64,000 nt of DNA from Candidatus Woesearchaeota archaeon (GCA_018303205.1 JAGVYP010000066.1:4706-68705); one strand, 5' to 3'. Shown: positions 37,896-48,177, numbered from the stretch's first letter. The notes: generated by a model from the letters alone, not told the origin. Translations and numbers: made by a program.

Positions 37896-38486
37896 ATGGA
37901 ACAAAAAAGTCCTTTAAGCATAAAAGTATTATGTGTTTATTTATTAGCCCTTATAGTCTTGAATGCTTTTACATACTCCCAAACACCTCTGCATGCTTAT
38001 CTTATCTTAATCGGCATAAATGCTGTTATCATCTACGGACTGCTTTTTAGACAAGTCTGGGCATGGTTTGTATTACTTGCCTATACCCTCCTTAGCTTAT
38101 TGAACCCTTTTCCTTTAGATATTGCAGCAGGATCATTAGTAATGGCGTTCCAAGCTTTTCAAGCTGGAAATGTAACCATGGGCAAGCTTTTACTCTATGC
38201 AAGCATCTTTAGCTTAACGATGCTCGTGTATGCTTTTTATGGCTGGAAAACCCTTCCTTCAGCCAGCAAAAAAACTGACACAATCTGGGCATTAGCTATA
38301 GGCATTATTTTTCTCTGGAACATTTCTGGATTCATGAGACTTTTTTTTAATGAGCCCTTGAGTATAGATATGCTTTGGTATAGCATACTTTTCCTTGGCC
38401 TTATTGCACTCTGGCACTTTGTTGAATCAAAAAATGCTATTCTACCTGCAAACAAATCAAGAAAAGGAAAGAAGGAAAACGCATGA
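37896..38486 (+). CDS. polytopic membrane protein, hypothetical
   Basis: 196 aa with about 6 hydrophobic helices. Confidence 0.45.
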   Translation: MEQKSPLSIKVLCVYLLALIVLNAFTYSQTPLHAYLILIGINAVIIYGLLFRQVWAWFVLLAYTLLSLLNPFPLDIAAGSLVMAFQAFQAGNVTMGKLLLYASIFSLTMLVYAFYGWKTLPSASKKTDTIWALAIGIIFLWNISGFMRLFFNEPLSIDMLWYSILFLGLIALWHFVESKNAILPANKSRKGKKENA

Positions 38487-39142
38487 AACCCCATCATTTT
38501 TTTAACATTTTTGAAGAAGAAAGACAACTCTACACCCTTAATCTTGTCCCTGGTAAGAAAGTGTATGATGAAAAGCTTGTTCAAAGAGACGGAAAGGAAT
38601 ACCGAGAATGGAATCCAAGAAAGAGCAAGCTAGCAGCAGCGATTTTAAAAGGTATAGGACAAATTGGTGTACGCCCAGGAGATGTTGTTCTTTATCTAGG
38701 AGCGAGTTCTGGAACAACACCAAGCCATGTTTCTGATATTCTTGGAAAAGAAGGATTCATGTTCGCATTAGACTTTGCACCTCGCGTTGTAAGAGACCTT
38801 GTCTTTCTCTGTGAAGAAAGAAAAAACATGTGTCCCTTGCTTGCAGATGCTAATCATCCAGAAGAGTACGCATCCAGTATCTGTGAAGTTGACTTTTTGT
38901 ACCAGGATATTGCTCAGAGAAACCAAGCAGAAATTTTCATACGCAATGTTGATCTCTTTTTGAAAAAAGGGGGATTTGCGATGCTTTGCGTCAAAGCAAG
39001 AAGCGTTGATGTGGCTGCTTATCCTCATGATATTTACAAAAAAATGAAGAGGCAATTGGAAGAAAAATACACGCTCATAGACTGGAAAGAATTAGATCCT
39101 TTTGAAAAAGATCACTGTGTTTTCTTAGTGAAGAAGAAGTGA
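38483..39142 (+). CDS. flpA: fibrillarin-like rRNA/tRNA 2'-O-methyltransferase
   Basis: …NPRKSKLAAAILKG…PGDVVLYLGASSGTTPSHVSDI…: near-canonical archaeal fibrillarin over 219 aa. Confidence 0.9.
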   Translation: MKPHHFFNIFEEERQLYTLNLVPGKKVYDEKLVQRDGKEYREWNPRKSKLAAAILKGIGQIGVRPGDVVLYLGASSGTTPSHVSDILGKEGFMFALDFAPRVVRDLVFLCEERKNMCPLLADANHPEEYASSICEVDFLYQDIAQRNQAEIFIRNVDLFLKKGGFAMLCVKARSVDVAAYPHDIYKKMKRQLEEKYTLIDWKELDPFEKDHCVFLVKKK

Positions 39143-39143
39143 G

Positions 39144-39620
39144 TTAGGAAAGAAGTTGATCTTTTTTTCTGATGATAACTTTATCTTTTTCTTCAATCAT
39201 ACTCATAATCTTACTTAATTCTTGTTTGCTGAGTATTTCTTTGAGATAGAACAGTATAGTCTCAAGATCAATAACGGTAATTCCCAATTGCTCAGCTATG
39301 GAAATTGCTTTTTTATCATTAGAGACTAGCACTATCATTCTTTTGTGAGCAAGAGCGATGCATTCAAGTTCTCCTTTTCCTAAAAGTTTTTTCTTTTGCA
39401 GTCGTTGTACAAGATCTTGTTCTTCTTGGGTAAGAAATATATGTTTGAACGATGATGAATTCTTTATATTTTTCAGACTTTGTAATTTTGATCGTTCTAG
39501 GTCATCAATAACAGCTGGAGGGATAAGGAGTTCATCACGAAAAACTTTTTTCAAGAGCACTATGTTCTCTATTTTTGCAAAAGTGCTGAGAATATCAGCA
39601 TCAAAAATAAAAGATTTCAT
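39144..39620 (-). CDS. PIN-domain nuclease (VapC-like toxin)
   Basis: Starts IFDADIL (first conserved PIN Asp). 158 aa. Confidence 0.6.
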   Translation of the reverse strand: MKSFIFDADILSTFAKIENIVLLKKVFRDELLIPPAVIDDLERSKLQSLKNIKNSSSFKHIFLTQEEQDLVQRLQKKKLLGKGELECIALAHKRMIVLVSNDKKAISIAEQLGITVIDLETILFYLKEILSKQELSKIMSMIEEKDKVIIRKKDQLLS

Positions 39621-39955
39621 CTTTTCTTGAGTAGGGCAAGTCCTTTTTTTCTTCTCTCAGCAGAAGAAGGCGATATTCTTCTTATTCCACGTGCTGCGAG
39701 TTCTTCTTTAAAATCAGGTGTGCTCATTTCTGAAATTTCAGCAGCTCTGCCAATGCTTACACTTCCATCTTTGTATAATTGTATTGCTGCAGTGGTTTTC
39801 AGACTTGGTTTCGAGTGTAAAAGGTAGCGTATTGCATCTTTTGCCATGTCTGACCTGCTTGAATACATACCTGCTTTGACAAGAGCAGTAATCTCTTCGC
39901 TCATCGTCTCAGGTAAACTAAACGTTTCTGCGTGTGCCATGTTCTCACCCTTCAT
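39617..39955 (-). CDS. UPF0175/RHH-type antitoxin-like protein
   Basis: C-terminal …IQLYKDGSVSIGRAAEISEMSTPDFKEELAARGI matches the UPF0175 antitoxin signature. 4-nt overlap with the downstream PIN gene. Confidence 0.6.
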   Translation of the reverse strand: MKGENMAHAETFSLPETMSEEITALVKAGMYSSRSDMAKDAIRYLLHSKPSLKTTAAIQLYKDGSVSIGRAAEISEMSTPDFKEELAARGIRRISPSSAERRKKGLALLKKR

Positions 39956-40036
39956 AGATATGAATTATTAATATCTATTCATATATAAAGATTTCTCTTT
40001 TTTGAAGTCTTTTTTTGTTAGTGAAGAAGAAGTGAA

Positions 40037-40573
40037 TTATACTCTTTTTATGTCCTCGAGTAATTTTTCAAATGTTTTTTCCTGAAAGTGTCCTGCGTTT
40101 TTTATAAGAATCATTTTTGTTTCTACTTTAGTCGCAAGATTTACAACAAGATAGGGGGTAACATACGGGTCGTTGTCTGATCCGTAGACAAAAAAGTGTT
40201 TGCAATTTCTTTTTATCTTTTCAAAATCAAATTTTTCTAGAAAGCTTTGATTGATTTTGTCAAATTTTTCTATGCCTATCTTTTCACTGAATCCCGCAAT
40301 GAGAAAGATTGCTTTTATTTTTTTATTGCATTGTTCAAGAACATGGAGTGCGAATGCGCATCCTATACTATGGCCAATAATCATAGTATTTTCGTCTATA
40401 GTTTTCAAATAAGGTTTAAATACGCTCATCCAACTTTCTAAATTATGATCTTGTGGTGTAGGAAAAGCAGGAGCTATGACTTCATACTTGAGTTTTTGTA
40501 ATTCAGTAACAAGCCAGGGAAACCAGACATTATTTGGATTTCCATACGCTCCGTGTATCAGAATGATTTTCAT
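40037..40573 (-). CDS. alpha/beta hydrolase, RBBP9/YdeN-like serine hydrolase
   Basis: MKIILIHGAYGNP… and nucleophile elbow GHSIGC. Confidence 0.65.
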   Translation of the reverse strand: MKIILIHGAYGNPNNVWFPWLVTELQKLKYEVIAPAFPTPQDHNLESWMSVFKPYLKTIDENTMIIGHSIGCAFALHVLEQCNKKIKAIFLIAGFSEKIGIEKFDKINQSFLEKFDFEKIKRNCKHFFVYGSDNDPYVTPYLVVNLATKVETKMILIKNAGHFQEKTFEKLLEDIKRV

Positions 40574-40629
40574 GACCTTTCACAATTTTTTCATTTTTAC
40601 TTTTTGAATTTTTTTTAACTATACTCTTA

Positions 40630-41079
40630 TTACCTTTTATTTTTTTGTTGGGGTGGCATATTTTTTATAATTTCTTCCTTCATTTTTTGCAAGAGGGATT
40701 TTGGTAAAGATTCCTTGACTGGTGCAGGCATATTTGGCCATCCCTCATCAGTCCAGGTCATCCCTGACCATGTTCTGGGCAGAGCATACCTCGGTATGAT
40801 GTGGAAGTGCACTTCTTTGTCTTTCATCATGAGCATGAGATAGTTGATTTTGTCATACTGAAACGTTTTTTTGAGTGCGTATTCCACATCTTTTATGACA
40901 TTATGAAAATCTGCAACCTCTTCTGGTGTTGTTTCAGAAAATTTTGTGATAGGCCTTTTGAGAATTGCGACACAGTTTCCTAATGTTTGGTTTCTGTTTC
41001 TGATAAGCAACTTCCAGTGTTGGTATTCTCTGATCAGATTATGTTTGTCGTCAAATTCTTTGAGAGTCTGGTTTTCCAT
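40630..41079 (-). CDS. HIT-family nucleotide hydrolase/transferase
   Basis: Histidine triad HFHIIPR. Confidence 0.65.
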   Translation of the reverse strand: MENQTLKEFDDKHNLIREYQHWKLLIRNRNQTLGNCVAILKRPITKFSETTPEEVADFHNVIKDVEYALKKTFQYDKINYLMLMMKDKEVHFHIIPRYALPRTWSGMTWTDEGWPNMPAPVKESLPKSLLQKMKEEIIKNMPPQQKNKR

Positions 41080-41234
41080 TCTTTTCTGTTTCTTTTCAGA
41101 GTTTATATCTTTTGTGTCCTCCTGGTCTTCCTTCTCTTTTTCGTATACTTACCAAAAATAATTTATATATAGAAAATAATTATTGTAAAAATGAAAAAAC
41201 AAGAATATAAAAAGAGATCAAAATCCTACTTTCT

Positions 41235-42650
41235 ATGGTGTTACAACTCTACAATACCTTAACGAGAAAAAAAGAGCTTTTCAAAGAAATCAAGAAAGGA
41301 AAAGTAACCTATTACTTCTGTGGGCCTACACCTTACAATTATGTCCATTTAGGAAATCTCAGAGCTTACATTTTTGCAGATCTCTTAAGAAGATATCTCA
41401 AATATAAAGGATACCAAGTTTTTGAAGTGATGAACTTTACTGATGTCGATGACAAAACTATCAAAAATGCAAAAGCTGCAAAGCAATCTTTACAAGTATA
41501 CACTCAAAAATTTATCGATGCTTTTATTGAAGATTTTAAATTATTAAACATAGAACTTCCTGAAAAATTAATCAAAGCAACTGACCATATCCCTGAAATG
41601 ATTGATCTGATCAAAAAATTAGAAAAAAATGGTTTAGCATATAAAAGCGAAGATGGTTCTATCTATTTTTCAATTAAAAAATTCAAAAACTATGGGAAAC
41701 TTGCTCTGCTTGAAAAAACAAAATTAAGACAAAATGCAGATGGAAGAATGAAAAACGATGAATATGAAAAAGAAGACGCAAAAGATTTTGCATTGTGGAA
41801 AGCCTATCATAAAGACGATGGGAATGTCTTCTGGGAAACAAAATACGGCAAAGGAAGACCAGGATGGCATATTGAATGTTCTGCAATGTCCACCAAATAT
41901 CTAGGCGATACTTTTGACATTCATGGTGGGGGTGTAGATCTCATTTTTCCTCATCATACTAACGAAATTGCACAAAGCGAAGGCGCAACAAACAAAAAAT
42001 TTGTCAATTATTGGGTACATAATGCTCACCTCATTGTCAATGGAGAAAAAATGTCAAAGTCAAAAAGAAATTTCTTTACGTTAAGAGATCTTATCAAAAA
42101 AGGAGATGATCCCAAAGCAATTCGTTATGAACTTTTATCCACCCATTACCGTGCACAGCTTGACTTTAGGGAAGAAAATCTAAAAAATCTGAAAGAAACA
42201 TTGCAAAAATTCAATGATTTCCTTCTCATGCTTGATGACTGCATTGAAAAACAAAAGAAAAAAAAATATGAAACCAATAACGTAGTTGATCATCTTATTC
42301 GGGATGCAAAAGAAGCATTTGAAAACGCAATGGATAATGATTTAAACATTTCAGAAGCATTAGCTGCTGTTTTTACGTTCATGCATGACGTGAATAAGAT
42401 AAAAAATGACCTTCATGCATTTGATGCTGACAAGATAAAAACTGAAATGCAAAACTTTGACAGTGTTCTTGGCATTATGGACTATGAGCGTGGAGCCATA
42501 GATCAAAAGATAGAAACAAAAATACAAGAAAGAGAACGTGCCAGAAAAAAGAAAGACTTCAAAAAAGCAGATTTGATAAGAAACGAGCTTCTCAAACAAG
42601 GAATCATCTTAGAGGACACTGCTGATGGTGCCAGGTGGAAAAAGGCATAG
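41235..42650 (+). CDS. cysS: cysteinyl-tRNA synthetase
   Basis: Class I HIGH region (GPTPYNYVHLGNLRAY), KMSKS (EKMSKSKRN), Zn-binding Cys context. 471 aa. Confidence 0.9.
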   Translation: MVLQLYNTLTRKKELFKEIKKGKVTYYFCGPTPYNYVHLGNLRAYIFADLLRRYLKYKGYQVFEVMNFTDVDDKTIKNAKAAKQSLQVYTQKFIDAFIEDFKLLNIELPEKLIKATDHIPEMIDLIKKLEKNGLAYKSEDGSIYFSIKKFKNYGKLALLEKTKLRQNADGRMKNDEYEKEDAKDFALWKAYHKDDGNVFWETKYGKGRPGWHIECSAMSTKYLGDTFDIHGGGVDLIFPHHTNEIAQSEGATNKKFVNYWVHNAHLIVNGEKMSKSKRNFFTLRDLIKKGDDPKAIRYELLSTHYRAQLDFREENLKNLKETLQKFNDFLLMLDDCIEKQKKKKYETNNVVDHLIRDAKEAFENAMDNDLNISEALAAVFTFMHDVNKIKNDLHAFDADKIKTEMQNFDSVLGIMDYERGAIDQKIETKIQERERARKKKDFKKADLIRNELLKQGIILEDTADGARWKKA

Positions 42651-42680
42651 CTTTTTAAAAACAAAACCTTTTTTCTCTGT

Positions 42681-43604
42681 ATGAAAACATTAACCCTTCC
42701 CCCCGTTACAGAACCTGTCCAAGTTTATAGAACATTAGACGATCATTTCACAAAAGAAGCAGAAGAAATCTCTGATCCTGAAAGAAAGGAGAGAGTACTG
42801 AAAGCAATCAGAAGCCTGAACACTCCTGTTTATGCTACCATTGCCTATGTCCTCACAACAGACTCAGATTTAGCATCCCAAGTGCATGATCACGTTTTGG
42901 CAGAAGTTCTTTATGTTCTTTTTCTTGATGATGCTCATGAAAAAGAAGCAAGCGCATCACGATCAAGAGAAAAAGGAAAATTAACTGATGCAGCAAAACA
43001 CGCTACAAAGGCACGAGAGTATAAAACAAGAGCAGAACAAGAACATGCTCGTGTTATTTCTTCTCTTTCAGCTGAACAAAAAGCTGAGCTCTCCCTCTTT
43101 GAAAGAGACTTTGCTCTTTACTGGGAATTTGAAAAATATTTTAGTCAAAGAATGAGAAATGGAGATCCTATTAATGAAACTGAAATGATGAACTTCGTAG
43201 AAAAAAAATCAGGGGATGTTTATCTCTATGCAAAACTTTTAGAATTCCAACTCAGAACAAAATTAGTACCAAAACAATTCAAAACATTAGATTTCTTAGA
43301 TTTTTTAATTCATGCCCAGCTCAAAAGAGACCTTGCTCATGATGAAACAGATATTTTCAGAGATCATCAAGAAGGCATGCCAAATCCTTTTTTGATCCAA
43401 GCTTACAGAAAAGGGCTCTATATTCCAGGTAAGGTATATTCTTCAGAAGAGTTACAAACTATAACAAGAAGAGTGAGAGATGTTCATCACTGTGCAGTTC
43501 GCTCTGATCTGAGCCCTACTCTCCCCATTTCATCACCTTTTGATTGGATAAAAGAGTGTCGAAAACCTTATAAGAATGGAGCTTTACCTCCTTCTTTATC
43601 ATGA
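42681..43604 (+). CDS. hypothetical helical protein
   Basis: 307-aa ORF, GC somewhat above background. 4-nt overlap with the downstream rsmB-like gene. Confidence 0.4.
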   Translation: MKTLTLPPVTEPVQVYRTLDDHFTKEAEEISDPERKERVLKAIRSLNTPVYATIAYVLTTDSDLASQVHDHVLAEVLYVLFLDDAHEKEASASRSREKGKLTDAAKHATKAREYKTRAEQEHARVISSLSAEQKAELSLFERDFALYWEFEKYFSQRMRNGDPINETEMMNFVEKKSGDVYLYAKLLEFQLRTKLVPKQFKTLDFLDFLIHAQLKRDLAHDETDIFRDHQEGMPNPFLIQAYRKGLYIPGKVYSSEELQTITRRVRDVHHCAVRSDLSPTLPISSPFDWIKECRKPYKNGALPPSLS

Positions 43605-44419
43605 ACTTTTCTGAACGCTACGCTGATCTGGGATGGCACTACAAGCCTTGCACCCCTTTGCATGCTTTACGAGTGAATACGCTACTCATAGAAGAAAAAA
43701 AATTACTTGAAAAACTGAAAAAGAAAAATATCATCTTAGAAAAAGCAGAACACACAAAGTATGGTCATTTTATTCAAAAAACACCTTTTCCCTTATCTTC
43801 TACACTAGAATATTTAAAAGGTTATTTCTTTCTTCAAGACGCAGCAACCCAAAAAGCTGTAGAACTGCTCAATCCTCATGCTCAAGATCTCGTTTTGGAC
43901 ATGTGTTCATCACCTGGAGGAAAAACTACTCATCTTGCACAACTCATGCAAAACAAAGGTGTAATAGTTGCTCTTGAGTTAAAAAGAGAACGCATGATCG
44001 CATTAAAAAATAATCTCGAACGCTGCCAAATACGAAATAGTCTTGTGTACAACATCAATTCAAAAGATGCTCCTTCACTGGGAATACTCTTTGACAAAAT
44101 ATTACTTGATGCACCCTGTTCAGGAAACTTCACTCAAGAAAAAGACTGGTTTCAAAAAAGAAACCTGGAAGGAATTCAAAGAAACGCCTCTTTACAAAGA
44201 GAACTTTTAGCATCAGCATTTCACTGTTTAAAAAATGAAGGAGAACTTGTCTATAGCACTTGCTCACTTGAACCAGAAGAAAACGAAGAAAACTGCGCAT
44301 GGTTTCAAAAAGAATTCCCAGTAAAAATGCTCTCCTTTGAAAGAATCTGGCCAGACAAAACAACAGGATTTTTCATGGCAAAATTTAAGAAAACAGGGAA
44401 AATAAATGATCATCCATAA
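43601..44419 (+). CDS. RsmB/NOL1/NOP2/Sun-family RNA m5C methyltransferase (catalytic domain)
   Basis: SAM motif DMCSSPGGKTTHLA and catalytic DAPCSGNFT…TCS. Confidence 0.8.
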   Translation: MNFSERYADLGWHYKPCTPLHALRVNTLLIEEKKLLEKLKKKNIILEKAEHTKYGHFIQKTPFPLSSTLEYLKGYFFLQDAATQKAVELLNPHAQDLVLDMCSSPGGKTTHLAQLMQNKGVIVALELKRERMIALKNNLERCQIRNSLVYNINSKDAPSLGILFDKILLDAPCSGNFTQEKDWFQKRNLEGIQRNASLQRELLASAFHCLKNEGELVYSTCSLEPEENEENCAWFQKEFPVKMLSFERIWPDKTTGFFMAKFKKTGKINDHP

Positions 44420-44422
44420 AAA

Positions 44423-44523
44423 GTGCCATTGCCTTGGAGCAAGATCAGGAGACAACGCGATTCATGCAGTGTTGTCGACGCAAGATCTCCGATCAACGGA
44501 GGAGTAAATCTCCGTAATGGCAC
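44423..44523 (-). repeat. Structured repeat element, copy C (consensus orientation on minus strand; perfect 8-bp inverted repeat GTGCCATT/AATGGCAC)
   Basis: Reverse complement reads …ACGGAG…TTGCGTCGA-[caacac TGCATGAATCG cgttg]-TCTCCTGAT…CTCCAAGG. Most similar to copy A. Confidence 0.75.
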
Positions 44524-44605
44524 GGAAAATATCATAAAAAATAAGAAACATTTGATAAAAGACACAAAAAACAAAAATTTGATAAAAAATAAAAAGTGAC
44601 GAAAC

Positions 44606-45079
44606 ATGATTGAAAATTTTATACGACAATTCACGAAAAAAAAGATTGTAGACCAGAAAGATCTTCTTGTCCTTCATGAAAAATGCTTCTTTGTTAACGA
44701 ACGACTCAAAAAAACGATGGAAATCATAGCAAAAAAAACAAGCCAAGAACCCATCTATGCAGGACTTTACTTAGGAAAACAGAAAGGATACACCTTCTTC
44801 CCTTCTGTTTCACTCCTTGAAATTATAAAACCCTTTGTGCACGATGTTATTGTCGTCAATGATGAAGTTGCTTTCCTTTTTATCTGCGGCAGGGATATTT
44901 TCTCACAAGGCATTCTTAAAAAACGAGGTACCTGTGCAGAAAATACACTTGTTTTTGTAGAAGACAAAGAAAATAACTTACTCGGATTTGGAAAAAGAGT
45001 ACATCCTATCACTTCAAAAAAAGAGGTAGTAACAAACATCTTTGATGTCGGAGATTTTCTAAGAAGGGAGAAAGATTAA
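44606..45079 (+). CDS. PUA-domain protein (Nip7/pre-PUA-like)
   Basis: C-terminal …LLGFGKRV…VVTNIFDVGDFLRRE resembles the PUA RNA-binding domain. Lies next to the Nop2/Sun methyltransferase. Confidence 0.45.
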   Translation: MIENFIRQFTKKKIVDQKDLLVLHEKCFFVNERLKKTMEIIAKKTSQEPIYAGLYLGKQKGYTFFPSVSLLEIIKPFVHDVIVVNDEVAFLFICGRDIFSQGILKKRGTCAENTLVFVEDKENNLLGFGKRVHPITSKKEVVTNIFDVGDFLRREKD

Positions 45080-45543
45080 CTTCTTTGCGGAGCATAGGTA
45101 TCTATAATCATCCGTAAACCATCAGATTGAATATTTCTCAAAGCTTTTTCAAGTTCTCCAGTTGATCCGCTCAAAACAACACCAACACTTATTCTTGCCT
45201 TATCATACGGATCAGGGATTTGCTCAACACCAATAACCACTCCTTCACCAAGGTATTCTCTCAATGCTGTTTCCGCGTCTTGTGCTAGCGTCATAGCTGT
45301 TTCTCTGGACATATAACTTCCACTTCTAACTACTTGTTTTCTTCCTTGAGGAGAATCTTCTCTTGCATCAATGATATCTAGAACAGCATAACTTCCATTA
45401 TTTTTAATAAGAAGTCCTACTGCATTTGGAGGAACACGAAATTGTGCTTTGTTTACTCTTTTTGTTCCTCTTCCTTTTGCTCCTTGTTGGCGTATTCCTT
45501 GAAATATAGGTTCCTCAATATCTTCCGCATCATTCATCTTCAC
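45076..45543 (-). CDS. hypothetical protein (GC-richer than background)
   Basis: 155-aa ORF with an unusual composition (R/G-rich N-terminus). Confidence 0.35.
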   Translation of the reverse strand: MKMNDAEDIEEPIFQGIRQQGAKGRGTKRVNKAQFRVPPNAVGLLIKNNGSYAVLDIIDAREDSPQGRKQVVRSGSYMSRETAMTLAQDAETALREYLGEGVVIGVEQIPDPYDKARISVGVVLSGSTGELEKALRNIQSDGLRMIIDTYAPQRS

Positions 45544-45674
45544 TCACTCCGTTTTTCTCCACAGAATACTCTTATAAACTTGTTCTCTTTAAAAAGATTT
45601 CTGAATTTTTCATCCTCTTCCATTTCCTTGATAATTTGTATTAGTAGCTAACCAACATGTAGGACAGAGCCTGC

Positions 45675-48104
45675 TTATTCTAGCTCTATCTCGTGGGCAA
45701 TATCAATTTCAGAGCTTGGTGAAAGGCTTTTATAATCTAATTCTATGCACAGTGTTGCTGCTTTGATATCTTCTCTTACCGTAGCAAAGAGTGTTTCGCT
45801 TATTTTTCCTTGCAAGAATACCCTCTTGATAGGCGCTTTGAGGCTTTTCTGTTGTTCTGATTTGGTTTTTCGCGCATGTTCAAGGATGTACAAAATTAAT
45901 TTTCCTGTATTGAGCGCGTCTTGTCTCATCATTTTTTCATTTACCTCAGGCCAAGCATGGTTATGGATACTTTCAACGCTTTCTGTTTTCTTAAAATAAA
46001 TTTGATAGAGCTCTTCAGTAATATGGGGCATCACAGGAGCAAATAACTTCAAAATATTGAGCATCGTATAATACATAGTGTATTGTGCAGATCTTTTAGC
46101 TTCTTCCCCTCTTTTATCAGGATTGTACAATCTGTCTTTCACTAATTCTAAATAATTGTCGCAAAAGATTTGCCAGAAAAATTTTTCTGTTTCAAGCTTG
46201 CTATGAAAATATTCATATTTTTCAAAATGTTCTGTGCATTCTTTAATGAGTTGTTGCAGTGTTGCCAGTACCCACAGGTCTGTCATTTCTGTTGCAGTTG
46301 CACTCTTAGGATCAAAATTTTCAAGGTGCATGAAGCAGAATTTGCAAGCGTTCCATAACTTATTAATCGTTTTTACTCCTGTCACCAAATCTTTTTCCTG
46401 ATAAGGCATATCATCTCCGAGTTTTGAACCTGCTGCCCAAAAACGGAGTGCATCTGCTGGGTATTTTTCTAAAATCTGTTGAGGATCAACAACGTTTCCT
46501 TTTGATTTACTCATTTTTCTTCCGTGAGGATCCAAAGCCCATCCATTAATAACAACATCTTTCCAAGGATTGCAATTGTCATGAAGTTGTGATTTAATAA
46601 TCGTATTAAAAAGCCAGAAGGAAATAATATCATGTCCTTGTGGCCGTAAGTTCATGGGTAATAATTTTTTATAAACAGGTTTATCTTTGAATAATTCTGC
46701 TGCAAGATGAGGCGTTAAAGATGATGTTGCCCAGGTGTCAAGCATATCTTTTTCACCTGTAAAAGTGTTATTTCCGCACCTACAAGGATGTTTAGGTTTA
46801 TCTATGAGTGGATCTACAGGTAACTGCTTTATATCTGCAAGTTTTATTTCCCCGCATGTATCACAATACCAGACAGGGAACGGTACTCCAAATATTCTTT
46901 GTCTTGAAATACACCAATCCCATTTAAGTCCCTTGACCCAGTTGTCATAACGGTTTTTCATATGGTTCGGATACCAGTGTAATTCATTTCCCCACGAGAG
47001 CATGTCGTCTTTTAAGTCTAAATATTTAATGAACCATTGTTTTGTTGCAACATATTCTATATCTGTTCCACATCTTTCATGAACATTAACTGCATGTTTT
47101 ATTTTTTCAAGTTTTACAAGTGCTCCTGATTTTTGTAAATCAGCAATGATCTCTTTTCTGGCTTCAAGAGAACTCATTCCAGCATATTTCCCTGCTTTTT
47201 CGTTGTATTTTCCTTCTACTCCCATAATGTGTATAGGTTGTACTCCGGGATGTCGTGTAAGCCATTCAACGCAATCTACTCCTCCGTATGTACAAAAGTA
47301 TACCACTCCTGTTCCGTATGCAGGATCAACAGAATCATCATGAGTAATAACAACTTCTCTTTTAATTAAGGGCAATTTTATTTTTTTTCCAATCAAATGA
47401 GCGTATCTTTTATCGTCTTTGTGTACGCTCAATCCTACGCACGAGGGAAGGAGTTCTGGTCGCGTTGTTGCATAGACTAGTTCTTCTCCTGTTTCAACTG
47501 TTGCTTTGATATGGCAAAGATTACTCTCTTTTTCTACATCTTCCATCTCTACTTGTGCAATAGCAGTTTGGCATTGGGGGCATATCATCATCGGAGCTTC
47601 TTTTCTATATTCGCGTCCCTTTCCATAGAGTTCGATAAAACTCCTTTGACTAATGCGTTGTGAATGTTCATCAATAGTAGTATAGAAAATTGAGAAGTCC
47701 GCTGAGAATCCAATGCGTTTCCAATCTGCAACATATTGTGGTCTTATTTCTTTAAGAGTATCAAGGCAAAGTTTTACAAATACTTTTCTTTCCATTTTAG
47801 ATGCTTTGACATTTTTCATTTTTTCAATGAGAATATTTGTAGCTAATCCATTGTCATCAGTTCCAAAGGGGAAAAAAACATTATATCCTCTCATTCTTTT
47901 ATATCGTACAATCGTGTCGTGTTGTGCATAGCCAAATGCGTGTCCAATGTGCATCTTTCCAGAAACAGTTGGCGGAGGAGTGTCAACACTAAAAACTTCC
48001 CGGGTAGTATCATCAGGGTCAAATTTGAAAATTCCTTTTTCTTCCCAGAACTGTTGTATTCTTGGCTCAGCGCTTTTCCAGTCGTATACCTTAGGTATTT
48101 CCAT
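45675..48104 (-). CDS. valS: valyl-tRNA synthetase
   Basis: HIGH region (GKMHIGHAFGYAQHDTIVRYKRMRGYNV), KMSKS (GRKMSKSKGN). 809 aa. Confidence 0.85.
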   Translation of the reverse strand: MEIPKVYDWKSAEPRIQQFWEEKGIFKFDPDDTTREVFSVDTPPPTVSGKMHIGHAFGYAQHDTIVRYKRMRGYNVFFPFGTDDNGLATNILIEKMKNVKASKMERKVFVKLCLDTLKEIRPQYVADWKRIGFSADFSIFYTTIDEHSQRISQRSFIELYGKGREYRKEAPMMICPQCQTAIAQVEMEDVEKESNLCHIKATVETGEELVYATTRPELLPSCVGLSVHKDDKRYAHLIGKKIKLPLIKREVVITHDDSVDPAYGTGVVYFCTYGGVDCVEWLTRHPGVQPIHIMGVEGKYNEKAGKYAGMSSLEARKEIIADLQKSGALVKLEKIKHAVNVHERCGTDIEYVATKQWFIKYLDLKDDMLSWGNELHWYPNHMKNRYDNWVKGLKWDWCISRQRIFGVPFPVWYCDTCGEIKLADIKQLPVDPLIDKPKHPCRCGNNTFTGEKDMLDTWATSSLTPHLAAELFKDKPVYKKLLPMNLRPQGHDIISFWLFNTIIKSQLHDNCNPWKDVVINGWALDPHGRKMSKSKGNVVDPQQILEKYPADALRFWAAGSKLGDDMPYQEKDLVTGVKTINKLWNACKFCFMHLENFDPKSATATEMTDLWVLATLQQLIKECTEHFEKYEYFHSKLETEKFFWQIFCDNYLELVKDRLYNPDKRGEEAKRSAQYTMYYTMLNILKLFAPVMPHITEELYQIYFKKTESVESIHNHAWPEVNEKMMRQDALNTGKLILYILEHARKTKSEQQKSLKAPIKRVFLQGKISETLFATVREDIKAATLCIELDYKSLSPSSEIDIAHEIELE

Positions 48105-48177
48105 AATCCTGAGAGGAGTAAAAGCATTTATAAAGCTATCTCAAAGATTAAATACTCTTTACTCCTCACTTCATTCC

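Noticed and set aside
45745-47931. Several 60-100-aa ORFs inside and antisense to valS, and similar ones inside other large genes
   Set aside because: They are embedded in strongly supported long genes on the opposite strand and have low-complexity translations. Standard spurious antisense ORFs.
47947-48177. ORF-track start of the RFC gene at 47947
   Set aside because: This N-terminal extension overlaps valS on the opposite strand and lacks RFC homology. RFC similarity begins at the Met at 48178 (MSQSWIIKYEPK…).
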